Position numbers and translations under genes: made by a program | Shown here: piece after piece, positions 1 through 9,360 of the stretch | Numbering within the stretch: the stretch's first letter is position 1 | How the letters are laid out: each line of letters opens with the position of its first letter | DNA from: Candidatus Multivorans sp. | GTDB taxonomy: Bacteria > Acidobacteriota > Thermoanaerobaculia > Multivoradales > Multivoraceae | Assembly (NCBI GenBank): GCA_965247095.1 | Contig: OZ251997.1 | Span: 3,808,001-3,872,000, forward strand | Direction of reading: 5' to 3' | DNA: 64,000 nucleotides | The notes under the pieces: model-generated | Databases searched by the model: none | Told to the model about the DNA's origin: nothing | What the model saw: the letters and a program-made list of their open reading frames with translations, nothing else

Positions 1-552
1 TTCGATCTCGCGGCGGGCCCGCCGCAGGTTCGTCTTCACGGTTCCGAGCGGCATGCCGGTGATCTCAGCGATGTCACGGTAGGGCAGCTCCTCCTTGAAC
101 CGCAGCAGCACGACCAGGCGGTACTCCGGCCGGAGGGCGGCCACCGCCGCTTCCAGCGCGGCCGCCAGCTCATGCCTCTTGGCCAGAGTATCGGCGGCCT
201 CGGCCCGCTCGTCCGGAGTGCGGTCGAGGATCGAGGACTCGTCGGGGTCGCTGCTCTCGATCGGTGTCGTGGGCAGCTTCTTTCGCCGCAGATGGTCGAT
301 CGACGCGTTGCTTGCGATCTTGAACAGCCAACTCGCGAAGCGCCGCCGCGGGTCATAGCGGGCGAGGGCCAGCCAAGCCTTGACGAAAACCTCCTGGGTG
401 ACGTCCTCGGCGATGCCGTGGTCCCGGACCATGCGCACGACCAGGCTGAAGACCGGGCGTTGGTAGCGCTCGACCAGGATCTGGAAGGCGCGCTCCGACC
501 CTTCGACGGCTTCAGCTATGAGCGCGACTTCATCTTTCTGCCGATGCGTCAA
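1..552 (-). CDS. ECF RNA polymerase sigma factor, 3' end outside window
   Basis: Manual translation from TTG at 552: region 2 AEDVTQEVFVKAW...FASWLFKIASNASIDHLR; region 4 LPYRDIAEITGMPLGTVKTNLRRAR. Missing from ORF track because it runs off the edge. Confidence 0.9.
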   Translation of the reverse strand, partial: MTHRQKDEVALIAEAVEGSERAFQILVERYQRPVFSLVVRMVRDHGIAEDVTQEVFVKAWLALARYDPRRRFASWLFKIASNASIDHLRRKKLPTTPIESSDPDESSILDRTPDERAEAADTLAKRHELAAALEAAVAALRPEYRLVVLLRFKEELPYRDIAEITGMPLGTVKTNLRRARREIE

Positions 553-553
553 G

Positions 554-603
554 GTTTCATCCGTGCGCTCGATGACTCGCGCCCGGAGTGGTTCGCGGGT
601 GGC
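554..603. repeat. Palindromic repeat family C, degenerate copy
   Basis: CATCCGTGCGCTCGATGACTCGCGCCCGGAGTGGTTCGCGGGTGGC aligns to the reverse complement of part of 55201-55278. Confidence 0.7.
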
Positions 604-679
604 AGTGTGGCATGCATGGTTGCGCCGCCAAACCCGTCGCGGACTCCGTGTTTGCCCCCAGCCCCCACCTCCCCACGAC

Positions 680-728
680 CTTGCGCCTCAGAACTCACTC
701 TATTGCGTCCTGCGGCGCAAGCTCCTGG
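680..728. repeat. Palindromic repeat family A, degenerate copy
   Basis: CTTGCGCCTCAGAAC-loop-GTCCTGCGGCGCAAGCTC resembles 22686-22740. Confidence 0.65.
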
Positions 729-747
729 GTGCCCGTATCATTGCCGC

Positions 748-1755
748 GTGAAACACGGGGGCGATCACACAGGCGCCGGGGACTACGGAGAACTGGCGGC
801 TGCGGTTCGGTCGGTGCGGATTGCCGGCCGGGTGACGCGGCATCTGCAGCAGTCGCTCCAGGGGTCCTTCCTGACCAAGAAGGACCGTTCGCCGGTGACG
901 GTCGCCGACTACGCGGCGCAGGCACTGGTCAGCCTCACCCTGCCGGGCGGGGAGGCCATCGTGGGCGAGGAGACCGCGGCGGCGCTCGAAGGCGTCGAGG
1001 GAAGGGAAGCTCTGGACAAGGTTGTGGCCGCGGTCCGGTCCGAACTGCCCGATGTCACTGCCGACGAGGTGCGAGCCGCGATCGACCGCTGCTCGGATCC
1101 GGGGGGCGCGAGCGGGAGGTTCTGGGTCCTCGATCCGATCGACGGCACGAAGGGATTCGTGCGCGGCGACCAGTACGCGATCGCCCTGGGTCTGATGGAG
1201 GACGGCGAAGTGGTCGGCGGTGTGCTCGGTTGCCCGAACCTGCCCTCGCCCGCTGGCCGGGGTTGCCTGTTCGTCGCCGCCCGGGGTCGGGGCGCGTGGG
1301 AGCTGCCGTTCGATGAGGACAAGGGAACACCGCGGCGCATCGGAGTTTCGGCGGTTGCCGCGTCGGGCGACGCCGCCTTCTGCGAGTCGGCCGAAGCGAT
1401 GCACTCGGACCACGATCGGCACGCCCGGATCGCGACGCGGCTCGGGGTCACGGCCCCTCCCGTGCGCATGGACAGCCAGTGCAAGTATGGGGCGATCGCC
1501 CGTGGCGATGCCTCGATCTATCTCCGATTGCCCTCGTCCAGGACCTATCGGGAGAAGATCTGGGACCACGCGGCCGGCTTCATCGTGGTGTCCGAAGCCG
1601 GTGGCGCCGTGACCGACGCCTACGGCCGTAGTCTGGACTTCAGCCTGGGGCGGACCCTGGACGGGAATCGTGGCGTCGTGGCGACCAACGGCCTCCTACA
1701 CGGCGTGGTTCTGGATGCGGCGGCCGCGGTGCTGCCACAGAACCCGGAACTCTGA
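748..1755 (+). CDS. 3'(2'),5'-bisphosphate nucleotidase (HAL2/CysQ-like, inositol monophosphatase family)
   Basis: [19 protein letters not shown] and EKIWDHAAG motifs; GTG start inferred. Confidence 0.9.
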   Translation: MKHGGDHTGAGDYGELAAAVRSVRIAGRVTRHLQQSLQGSFLTKKDRSPVTVADYAAQALVSLTLPGGEAIVGEETAAALEGVEGREALDKVVAAVRSELPDVTADEVRAAIDRCSDPGGASGRFWVLDPIDGTKGFVRGDQYAIALGLMEDGEVVGGVLGCPNLPSPAGRGCLFVAARGRGAWELPFDEDKGTPRRIGVSAVAASGDAAFCESAEAMHSDHDRHARIATRLGVTAPPVRMDSQCKYGAIARGDASIYLRLPSSRTYREKIWDHAAGFIVVSEAGGAVTDAYGRSLDFSLGRTLDGNRGVVATNGLLHGVVLDAAAAVLPQNPEL

Positions 1756-1771
1756 GACGGGATCCTTCCTC

Positions 1772-2887
1772 TTGGCTCCCAACGAGACCCTGCTTGTGAC
1801 CGGCGGCGCCGGTTTCATCGGCTGCAATTTCACGGCCAGGGCACTGGCCGAGGGTTCGTGTCGGGACAGCCGCGTCGTCGTGTTCGACAAGCTGACCTAT
1901 GCCGGCAGTCTCCTCAACCTGGAGCCGGTTGCGGACGATCCGCGCTACCGGTTCGTGCAGGCGGACATCGCCGATCGCGACGCGGTCCGGCGAGTCTTCG
2001 CCGAGCACCGGCCGACGGCGGTCCTCAACTTCGCGGCCGAGAGCCACGTCGACCGCTCGATCGACAGCCCGGGCGACTTCGTCCGGACCAACATCGGCGG
2101 CACGTTCGAACTGCTCGAAGCCGCCCGGGGCGCCCTCAGCGGCCAGTCGGAGGGGGAGCGAGCAGCCTTTCGGTTCATCCATGTCTCGACCGACGAGGTC
2201 TTCGGCAGCCTCGGCGACGAGGGACGGTTCCACGAACACACGCCGTACGACCCGAGTTCGCCCTACTCGGCCTCCAAGGCAGCGGCGGATCACCTTGTGC
2301 GCGCCTACGGTCGCACCTACGGCCTGCCGGCGATCGTGACCAACTGCTCGAACAACTACGGTCCGTACCAGTATCCCGAGAAACTGATTCCGGTGATGAT
2401 CCTGAACGCGGTGGAAGGGCTTCCCCTGCCGATCTACGGCGAGGGCGCGAACGTCCGGGATTGGCTTCACGTGGACGATCACTGCGCCGGTCTGCTCACG
2501 GTGCTGAGGCGCGGCGAACCGGGCCAGAGCTACAACCTGGGCGGCGACGAGGAACGAACGAACCTCGAAGTCGTCGAGGCGGTCTGTGCAGCGGTCGAGG
2601 CGGAGTTCCCGGCCGCGCGGAACACCGCGCTTGCCGCCAGGGGGATCGGGAGCTACCGGCAACTCGTGACCTTCGTTGAAGACCGGCCCGGTCACGACCA
2701 CCGCTACGCGATCGATCCCACGAAGGTGCGGCGCGATCTGGGATGGACTCCGCGGCACGACTTCGAGAGCGGTCTGCGCGCGACGGTGCGCTGGTACCTG
2801 GATCACCGCGACTGGTGCGAGGCGGTCGCCCCCGGCGCCTCGAGGAACCGGATGGGCGTAGGGCAGCGCCTGACGGCGGCGACATGA
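1772..2887 (+). CDS. rfbB: dTDP-glucose 4,6-dehydratase
   Basis: [36 protein letters not shown]; TTG start inferred. Confidence 0.95.
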   Translation: MAPNETLLVTGGAGFIGCNFTARALAEGSCRDSRVVVFDKLTYAGSLLNLEPVADDPRYRFVQADIADRDAVRRVFAEHRPTAVLNFAAESHVDRSIDSPGDFVRTNIGGTFELLEAARGALSGQSEGERAAFRFIHVSTDEVFGSLGDEGRFHEHTPYDPSSPYSASKAAADHLVRAYGRTYGLPAIVTNCSNNYGPYQYPEKLIPVMILNAVEGLPLPIYGEGANVRDWLHVDDHCAGLLTVLRRGEPGQSYNLGGDEERTNLEVVEAVCAAVEAEFPAARNTALAARGIGSYRQLVTFVEDRPGHDHRYAIDPTKVRRDLGWTPRHDFESGLRATVRWYLDHRDWCEAVAPGASRNRMGVGQRLTAAT

Positions 2888-3771
2888 GTCCGCTACGGGG
2901 AATCCTGCTCGCGGGCGGCACCGGCACCCGGCTCCATCCGGTGACTCGCGCGGTCAGCAAGCAGTTGCTGCCGGTGTACGACCAGCCGATGATCCACTAC
3001 CCGCTGTCCAGCCTGATGATCGCCGGCGTGCGGGAGATCCTGGTCATCACGACGCCGCACGACCAGCCCGCTTTTGTGCGCCTGCTGGGCGATGGCAGCG
3101 ACCTCGGCCTCGAGCTGTCCTATGCCGTGCAGGAGGCGCCGAAGGGCATCGCGCAGGCGTTCCTGATCGGCGCCGAACATCTGCGCGGGGCCAGGGCGGC
3201 TCTCGCGCTGGGCGACAACATCTTCCACGGCCACGGGCTGGCCCAGGTGTTCCAGCGGGCCGCGGAGCGAAATGCGTCATCGCCGGGTGCAGTGATCTTC
3301 GGCTACCGGGTCCGGGATCCCGAACGGTACGGCGTGGTCGAGTTCGATGACGAGCGGCGCGTGATCGGTCTGGAGGAGAAGCCGGCAGCGCCGAAGTCGC
3401 CCTACGCCGTACCGGGTCTGTACTTCTACGACGAGCGGGTGGTCGGACTGGCCAAAACACTCGAGCCGTCAGCGCGCGGCGAGCTGGAGATCACCGATCT
3501 GAACCGGCTCTACCTGGCCGAGAGCACGCTACGGGTCGAACTCCTCGGGCGTGGCGTCGCCTGGCTCGACACGGGGACGCACGAGGCGCTGCTTCAGGCC
3601 AGCAACTTCATCCAGGCGATCGAGGAGAGACAGGGGTTGAAGGTCGCCTGCCTGGAGGAGGTGGCGTACCGCATGGGTTACATCGACGCGGACGAGCTGA
3701 GCCGTCTGGCGGAGTCCACCAACGACGCCTACGGCCGCTATCTGAGCCTCGTCCTGGAGGAGGAGCGTTGA
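2884..3771 (+). CDS. rfbA: Glucose-1-phosphate thymidylyltransferase
   Basis: [29 protein letters not shown]; ATGA overlap with rfbB. Confidence 0.95.
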   Translation: MSPLRGILLAGGTGTRLHPVTRAVSKQLLPVYDQPMIHYPLSSLMIAGVREILVITTPHDQPAFVRLLGDGSDLGLELSYAVQEAPKGIAQAFLIGAEHLRGARAALALGDNIFHGHGLAQVFQRAAERNASSPGAVIFGYRVRDPERYGVVEFDDERRVIGLEEKPAAPKSPYAVPGLYFYDERVVGLAKTLEPSARGELEITDLNRLYLAESTLRVELLGRGVAWLDTGTHEALLQASNFIQAIEERQGLKVACLEEVAYRMGYIDADELSRLAESTNDAYGRYLSLVLEEER

Positions 3772-4334
3772 GCGCGCCGCCCAGGGTTCATCCGACCGGG
3801 TTGCCCAGCGTGGTGATCGTCGAACCCGCGGTTCATCGGGACGGCCGCGGTTTCTTCCTGGAGAGCCACAACTCGTCGACCTTCGCTGAGTCCGGCGTGG
3901 AAAGGCCGTGGGTTCAGGACAACCACTCGCGATCCGGCCGCGCCACCCTGCGCGGGCTCCATCTTCAATGCCGCCGGCAGCAGACGAAGCTCGTTCGCGT
4001 CACCCGTGGCGAGGTCTTCGACGTTGCTGTCGATGTCCGGCGCGGTTCCCCGTCCTTCCTGGGCTGGACCGGTTGCGTGCTGTCGGAGGACAACTTTCGC
4101 CAGCTCTACATTCCGCGCGGCTTCGCTCACGGCTTCTGCGTGATCAGCGAGACCGCCGATGTGCAGTACAAGTGCGACGACTACTACGACCGGGACGACG
4201 AACTCTCGATTGCCTGGGACGATCCCCAGATCGGGATCGACTGGCCGGTGGACGAGCCGCGGCTTTCGGACCGCGACCGGGCGGCGCCTACCGTTGCGGG
4301 ATGTCTTGAGCAGTTGCCGACGTTCTCGCATTGA
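3768..4334 (+). CDS. rfbC: dTDP-4-dehydrorhamnose 3,5-epimerase
   Basis: DGRGFF, QDNHSRS, TLRGLH, GFAHGF. Confidence 0.95.
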   Translation: MSAPPRVHPTGLPSVVIVEPAVHRDGRGFFLESHNSSTFAESGVERPWVQDNHSRSGRATLRGLHLQCRRQQTKLVRVTRGEVFDVAVDVRRGSPSFLGWTGCVLSEDNFRQLYIPRGFAHGFCVISETADVQYKCDDYYDRDDELSIAWDDPQIGIDWPVDEPRLSDRDRAAPTVAGCLEQLPTFSH

Positions 4335-4341
4335 GTCGGAT

Positions 4342-5706
4342 GTGTTTCGAGCGGCGCCCTTGACGGATCGGGACGGCCTGAGGGCCGCCGACCGCGATCA
4401 GCTCGAGGCGCACGGTATCGGCGTCGAGGAAGCACGGCGGCAACTCGCGTTCCTGCGCGATCCGCCGCCGAAGACGAAGCTCGCACGCCCGGCCCGGATC
4501 GGCGACGGCATCCTCACTCTGCCTGAAGGCGTCGAGGCCGTCCGCCTGGCCGAAGAGGGGCGATCCGCCTCGCGGGCGGGCCGCCTGATTCGCTTCGTGC
4601 CGGCGTCCGGCGCGGCATCGCGGCTGTTTGCGGAACTTCGAACCGCCCAGGCCGCCGGCTTTGCCGTGAACGACCCGGTCCTGGCCCGTTTCGAGAACGC
4701 CCGGCCCAGTCTTCCCTTCGACTGCGGTCCGTCCGAGCTCCTGGACCGCTACGGCGACGCGCCCAAGGCCCTGATCCCCTTCCACAGGTACGCCGGCGGC
4801 GAGCAGCGGACCGCGCTGGAGGAACACCTGGTTGAGGCGGCTGCTCTCATGGGCGGCCGCGGCTCGGCGGCGATCCACTTCTCCGTCGCCGTCCGTCACC
4901 GGCCGGCATTCGAGGCGCTGCTCGGTGACCGGCTGCCGGTGCTCGAGCGGCGGCTGGGATGCCGCTTCGACGTCACGCTGTCCCACCAGTCGCCGGCTAC
5001 CGACAGTATTGCGGTCGACGCGGATGGAAAGCCGTTCCGGATTGCGGACGATCCGGCAGCGCCATTGCTGGTGCGGCCCGGAGGCCACGGCGCACTGCTT
5101 CGCAATCTCCAGTCTCTGGCCGATCGGGGCTTCGAGCTGATCGGGGTGAAGAACATCGACAACGTCCAGCCCGAGAAGGCCCAGGGCGCGTCGGTTCGAG
5201 CCATGCAGATCCTTGCCGGAATGGCGCGGGAACTGGCGCGGGGTTCGGGCCGGCCGGCCAGGGTCTGCGGCGTCGTTCCTGCCGTCGGCACGGCCGGCGG
5301 CGGTCCCTTCTGGGTTCACGAAACCTCGGGCGCCTCGGCACTCTTGGGCGGACTGCGGCTTCAGATCGTCGAGACCTCCCAGATCGACCTGGAAGACGGG
5401 GAGCAGGCGGCGATTCTGACTCGGTCCACGCACTTCAACCCGGTGTTCCTGGTCTGCGCGGTGCTGGCCCCCGGCGGTGGGGCGTACCGGCTGGAGGACT
5501 ACGTCGACCACAACGCCAGCTTCATCGTTCGCAAGAGTCATGGCGGCCGGGAACTGATCGCACTGGAACGTCCCGGTTTGTGGAACGGATCGATGGCTGG
5601 TTGGGAGACGCGGTTCGTGGAGCTGCCGAGCGAGATGTACACGCCGGTGAAGACCGTATTCGATCTCGCCGGCGCGGAACATCAGTGCGGAGGAGATGAC
5701 CGATGA
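4342..5706 (+). CDS. DUF4301 family protein (nucleotide-sugar pyrophosphorylase-like fold)
   Basis: FVPASGAASRLF, RPGGHGALLRNL, KNIDNV, THFNPV, ALERPGLWNGSM. Confidence 0.8.
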   Translation: MFRAAPLTDRDGLRAADRDQLEAHGIGVEEARRQLAFLRDPPPKTKLARPARIGDGILTLPEGVEAVRLAEEGRSASRAGRLIRFVPASGAASRLFAELRTAQAAGFAVNDPVLARFENARPSLPFDCGPSELLDRYGDAPKALIPFHRYAGGEQRTALEEHLVEAAALMGGRGSAAIHFSVAVRHRPAFEALLGDRLPVLERRLGCRFDVTLSHQSPATDSIAVDADGKPFRIADDPAAPLLVRPGGHGALLRNLQSLADRGFELIGVKNIDNVQPEKAQGASVRAMQILAGMARELARGSGRPARVCGVVPAVGTAGGGPFWVHETSGASALLGGLRLQIVETSQIDLEDGEQAAILTRSTHFNPVFLVCAVLAPGGGAYRLEDYVDHNASFIVRKSHGGRELIALERPGLWNGSMAGWETRFVELPSEMYTPVKTVFDLAGAEHQCGGDDR

Positions 5707-6428
5707 ACGAAGCTCCCGAGGCCTCGGAGGCCAGGAACACGAAGACGAGGCTCGCCATCCGCGCGGCCGTGGTGGTTGCCCTGATCGCGGCGCTCCTTCT
5801 GTTCGGCCGACGCGTAGCTGGCTACCTGCCCGAGTTCAGCGCCTGGGTCGACGGGCTCGGCCTTTGGGGGCCGGTCGTGTTCGTGCTCGGCTACGCCATC
5901 GCTACCGTGGCGTTCATTCCGGGCTCCCTGCTTACCCTCGCGGGCGGCGCGATCTTCGGTCTCGGCCAGGGCACGGCGTTTGTGTTCGTCGGCGCCTGCC
6001 TGGGGGCCACGGGCGCCTTCCTGGCGTCGAGGTACATGGTCCGGGGAGCGATCGAACGGCGCGTCGCCGCGGAACCGCGTTTCGCCGCAATCGACCGGGC
6101 GGTGGGGCGTGAAGCGTTCAAGATCGTTCTGTTACTGCGACTCACGCCGGTTGTCCCCTTCGTGTTGCTGAACTACGCCCTGGGGCTGACGAGAGTGAAG
6201 CTGAGCCACTATGTGCGCGCCTTCATCGGCATGCTCCCCGCAACCGTGCTCTACGTGTACTACGGCAAGGCGATCGGCGATGTGGCTGAAGTCGCGGCCG
6301 GCGTTGGCGAGGAGCGGAGCTGGGGGGACTATGCCGCCGGGGCCGTTGGGCTGGTCGCTACGATCGCGGTGATTGCAATCATTGTCCGCATCGCCCGCCG
6401 CGCGCTCCGAGAGGAGGTGGGCGAATGA
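5703..6428 (+). CDS. TVP38/TMEM64 (DedA/SNARE-associated) membrane protein
   Basis: IPGSLLTLAGGAIFG, LLRLTPVVPFVLLNYALG; multiple TM helices. Confidence 0.9.
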   Translation: MNEAPEASEARNTKTRLAIRAAVVVALIAALLLFGRRVAGYLPEFSAWVDGLGLWGPVVFVLGYAIATVAFIPGSLLTLAGGAIFGLGQGTAFVFVGACLGATGAFLASRYMVRGAIERRVAAEPRFAAIDRAVGREAFKIVLLLRLTPVVPFVLLNYALGLTRVKLSHYVRAFIGMLPATVLYVYYGKAIGDVAEVAAGVGEERSWGDYAAGAVGLVATIAVIAIIVRIARRALREEVGE

Positions 6429-7951
6429 CGAGGCCGGAATTGCTCCGGGAGAGTCACCACGACCGGGAACTCGCGGCGCGGGTGTCCCCCGACGACTGGA
6501 CGAACCCGGCCCCCGAAGGCCGGTACCACCTGGTCGCGATCGGGGCCGGCACTGCCGGTCTGGTGACGGCGATCGTGGCCGCGGGTCTGGGCGCCAAGGT
6601 GGCGCTGATCGAGCGCCGGCTCATGGGCGGCGACTGCCTGAACTTCGGCTGTGTCCCGTCGAAGGGCGTGATCGCCGCGGCGCGGCGGTGGAACGCCGGC
6701 CGCGCCGATCCCGAGTTCGGGGCGCCGGGGGCTGGTCGCGCGGGCGATTTCGGCGCGGCAATGGAGCGCATGCGCCGGATCCGGGCGGCGATCAGCCAGG
6801 ACGACGCGGCCGAGCGCTTTCGTGACGCCGGGGTCGATGTCTACCTGGGCGAGGGCAGATTCCTGTCCGACCGCGCAGTCGCGGTGACCGGTCCTGCGGG
6901 CGACCGCGAGCTGCGCTTCCGCCGCGCTGTCGTCGCCACCGGTGCGCGCCCCCAGGCGCCGCCGATTCCTGGTCTCGACCGGTGCGACTACCTGACCAAC
7001 GAGACGGTCTTCTCGCTCACCGAGCGACCCGAGCGGCTGGCCGTCATCGGCGCCGGCCCGATCGGCTGCGAGCTGTCCCAGGCCTTCGCGCGGCTCGGCA
7101 GCCGGGTGACGACGTTCGACCTTCTACCCGGCATCCTCCCGCGAGAGGATGAGGACGCGGCGGCTCTGGTTGAGCAAGCCCTCCGGCGGGACGGGGTCGA
7201 GTTGGCGCTCGGTGTCCGGATCGAGGAAGTCGCGCCTCATGAGGGAGGCTTCCGCCTGGTCTACCTCGACAGCGACGGCGGCCGCCGCGGGACGAGTTGC
7301 GATGAACTCCTGGTTGCCGTGGGCCGAACGCCGAACATCGAGGGCCTGGGGCTTGAGGAGATCGGTGTCCGTTGCGATGCGACCGGCGTCCAGGTCGACG
7401 CGAAGCTGCGGACGACGAATCCCCGCATCTACGCTGCCGGCGACGTCACACCGGCGCCCAAGTTCACCCACCTGGCGGACGCCCATGCCGGTGTTGTCAT
7501 CCAGAACGCCCTGTTCTTTCCCACCGCCCGCGCCGACCGGCTGGTCGTGCCGCGGTGTACGTACACCTCGCCGGAGGTGGCGCACGTCGGCCTGGACCGG
7601 CAGGAGGCGGAGCAACGTGGCATCGCCGTCGACGTGGTCGACGTAGCCCTGGAAGAGAACCACCGCGCCCTGCTCGACGGCGAGGAGGAGGGGTTTCTGC
7701 GGGTTCTGCTTCAGCGGGGCAGCGACCGCGTGCTTGGCGCCACGGTGGTGGCGGCCGGCGCCGGCGATCTGATCGCGCCGCTCACGCTGGCCGTAACTCA
7801 CGGTCTCGGTCTTTCGAAGTTCACTTCGACCATCCTGCCGTATCCGACCCGGGCGGAGGTGCTCAAGAAGGCCGCGAACCAGTGGCGCAGGACGAAGCTG
7901 AGTCCTACCGTCCAGGGCCTGTTGGCGCGTTGGTTCCGCTGGATCGGTTGA
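6425..7951 (+). CDS. Pyridine nucleotide-disulfide oxidoreductase (mercuric reductase-like, not MerA)
   Basis: GAGTAG, GGDCLNFGCVPSK, GAGPIG; no C-terminal Cys-Cys. Confidence 0.85.
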   Translation: MTRPELLRESHHDRELAARVSPDDWTNPAPEGRYHLVAIGAGTAGLVTAIVAAGLGAKVALIERRLMGGDCLNFGCVPSKGVIAAARRWNAGRADPEFGAPGAGRAGDFGAAMERMRRIRAAISQDDAAERFRDAGVDVYLGEGRFLSDRAVAVTGPAGDRELRFRRAVVATGARPQAPPIPGLDRCDYLTNETVFSLTERPERLAVIGAGPIGCELSQAFARLGSRVTTFDLLPGILPREDEDAAALVEQALRRDGVELALGVRIEEVAPHEGGFRLVYLDSDGGRRGTSCDELLVAVGRTPNIEGLGLEEIGVRCDATGVQVDAKLRTTNPRIYAAGDVTPAPKFTHLADAHAGVVIQNALFFPTARADRLVVPRCTYTSPEVAHVGLDRQEAEQRGIAVDVVDVALEENHRALLDGEEEGFLRVLLQRGSDRVLGATVVAAGAGDLIAPLTLAVTHGLGLSKFTSTILPYPTRAEVLKKAANQWRRTKLSPTVQGLLARWFRWIG

Positions 7952-7961
7952 GCCGCTCGAG

Positions 7962-9251
7962 CTAGAGGTGGCGCCGGCGCGGGCTGCGCCGCCGCCTTCG
8001 TCTCCGCGGCGCCGGTCGCTTCGTGGTGTCGGCTGGGCTTCGGGACGGCGCGGACTCGGCGATCCCCCGCCAGTGTTCGAGTGCCTCACCGCCGCCGCCG
8101 GTGGCAGACGAGAGCAGGGCGAAGAGTTCCACCGCGGGACCGAAGGCCTCTCGGCGGACGAGGTTGTGAACGGTCTTCGGGCTGTGGTTCGGTTCGCACA
8201 GGCGCTGGAATGTCTCCAGCGTCCGCATGATCCGGCCGCGGCGCTCGGCGGAGAGCGCGAAGCGGGTACTGAAGTCGGCCACGACATCGTCCACGAGTCG
8301 TTGCAGGCGCCGGCGCTGGACTCCTTCCCCGCCGGCCTCCAGGCGCTCTCTGCCGACCACGACCCGTGGCAGGAGCAAGGTCGACAGCAGCGCTTCAAGC
8401 GGCACTTCCGGCCCGGTGTTGACGCGTTCGTCAAGTTGCTCCGCGAGTTGGGAGAAGCCGTCCCTCTCGGTGCCCGTCCCCCGCACTTCGTCGACCTCGG
8501 GCAGAACGACCGGGAGCAGGCCCGAGCGCCGCATCCAGTCGAAGGTCGCGGCGCTCCGGCCGCTCGACAGGAGCTGGATCAACTCCTCGATCAGGCGGTG
8601 CGGCGAGGCCTTGGCCATGTCCCGGCGGTGCTCGAAGGCGGCGGCAAGGGTCTCGTTCTCGATCTCGAAGTCCAGGCGCGCCGCGAATTCGCAGGCCCGC
8701 AGCATGCGGACCGGATCCTCGCGGTAGCGCAGGTTGGGATCGCCGATCACGCGGATGCACCCGCGATCGAGATCCTCAAGGCCTCCCACATAGTCGACGA
8801 CGGCGCGGTCGGAGGCTCGGTAGAGCAGGGCATTGATGGTGAAGTCGCGTCGGAAGGCGTCCTGTCTGGGTGTGCCGTAGGTGTTGTCGCTGGTTACCAG
8901 GAGCTCGCCGGGCGAACGGCGTTGATGATCGGGATCCGGCGCGCCGCGGAACGTGGACACCTCGACCACCTCGTCGCCGAACCAAACGTGAGCGAGGCGA
9001 AAGCGCCGGCCGATGATCCGGGAGTTCCGGAATAGCCGCCGCACGTCCTCGGGGCGCGCGTCGGTGACGACGTCGTAGTCCTTCGGTGCGCGTTGTAGCA
9101 TCAGATCGCGCACGCTGCCGCCGACCAGACCGGCGTTCCGGCCAGCCTGATCCAATCTCCGCAGCACCTTCTGGGCGCCCGGAGAGATATGCCGCCACGA
9201 GATCGGGTGCTCGGAACGCGGCAGTATCGTGGCCGCGGCCGGCGCTTCCAT
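7962..9251 (-). CDS. pcnB: Poly(A) polymerase I
   Basis: VGGSVRDL, KDYDVVT, IIGRRFRLAHV signature, RRDFTINAL, EDPVRMLRA, Arg-rich tail. Confidence 0.9.
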   Translation of the reverse strand: MEAPAAATILPRSEHPISWRHISPGAQKVLRRLDQAGRNAGLVGGSVRDLMLQRAPKDYDVVTDARPEDVRRLFRNSRIIGRRFRLAHVWFGDEVVEVSTFRGAPDPDHQRRSPGELLVTSDNTYGTPRQDAFRRDFTINALLYRASDRAVVDYVGGLEDLDRGCIRVIGDPNLRYREDPVRMLRACEFAARLDFEIENETLAAAFEHRRDMAKASPHRLIEELIQLLSSGRSAATFDWMRRSGLLPVVLPEVDEVRGTGTERDGFSQLAEQLDERVNTGPEVPLEALLSTLLLPRVVVGRERLEAGGEGVQRRRLQRLVDDVVADFSTRFALSAERRGRIMRTLETFQRLCEPNHSPKTVHNLVRREAFGPAVELFALLSSATGGGGEALEHWRGIAESAPSRSPADTTKRPAPRRRRRRRSPRRRHL

Positions 9252-9360
9252 CGGATCAGGGTATCAACGGACGCCGGTTGCGGCGCCGCCTGGTGCGGTG
9301 GAGGCCCGTGATGCGCCCGTGGCGGCCCCCTTTGGATCGTGCAACGATCGGGGTGTGTCT

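Noticed and set aside
553-600. ECF promoter upstream of the first sigma gene
   Set aside because: The GAAC/GTCA-like words belong to a family C repeat and the spacing is off
6425-7951. Mercuric reductase MerA
   Set aside because: No C-terminal Cys-Cys or HMA domain and no mer genes; pairing with TVP38 is a known separate family
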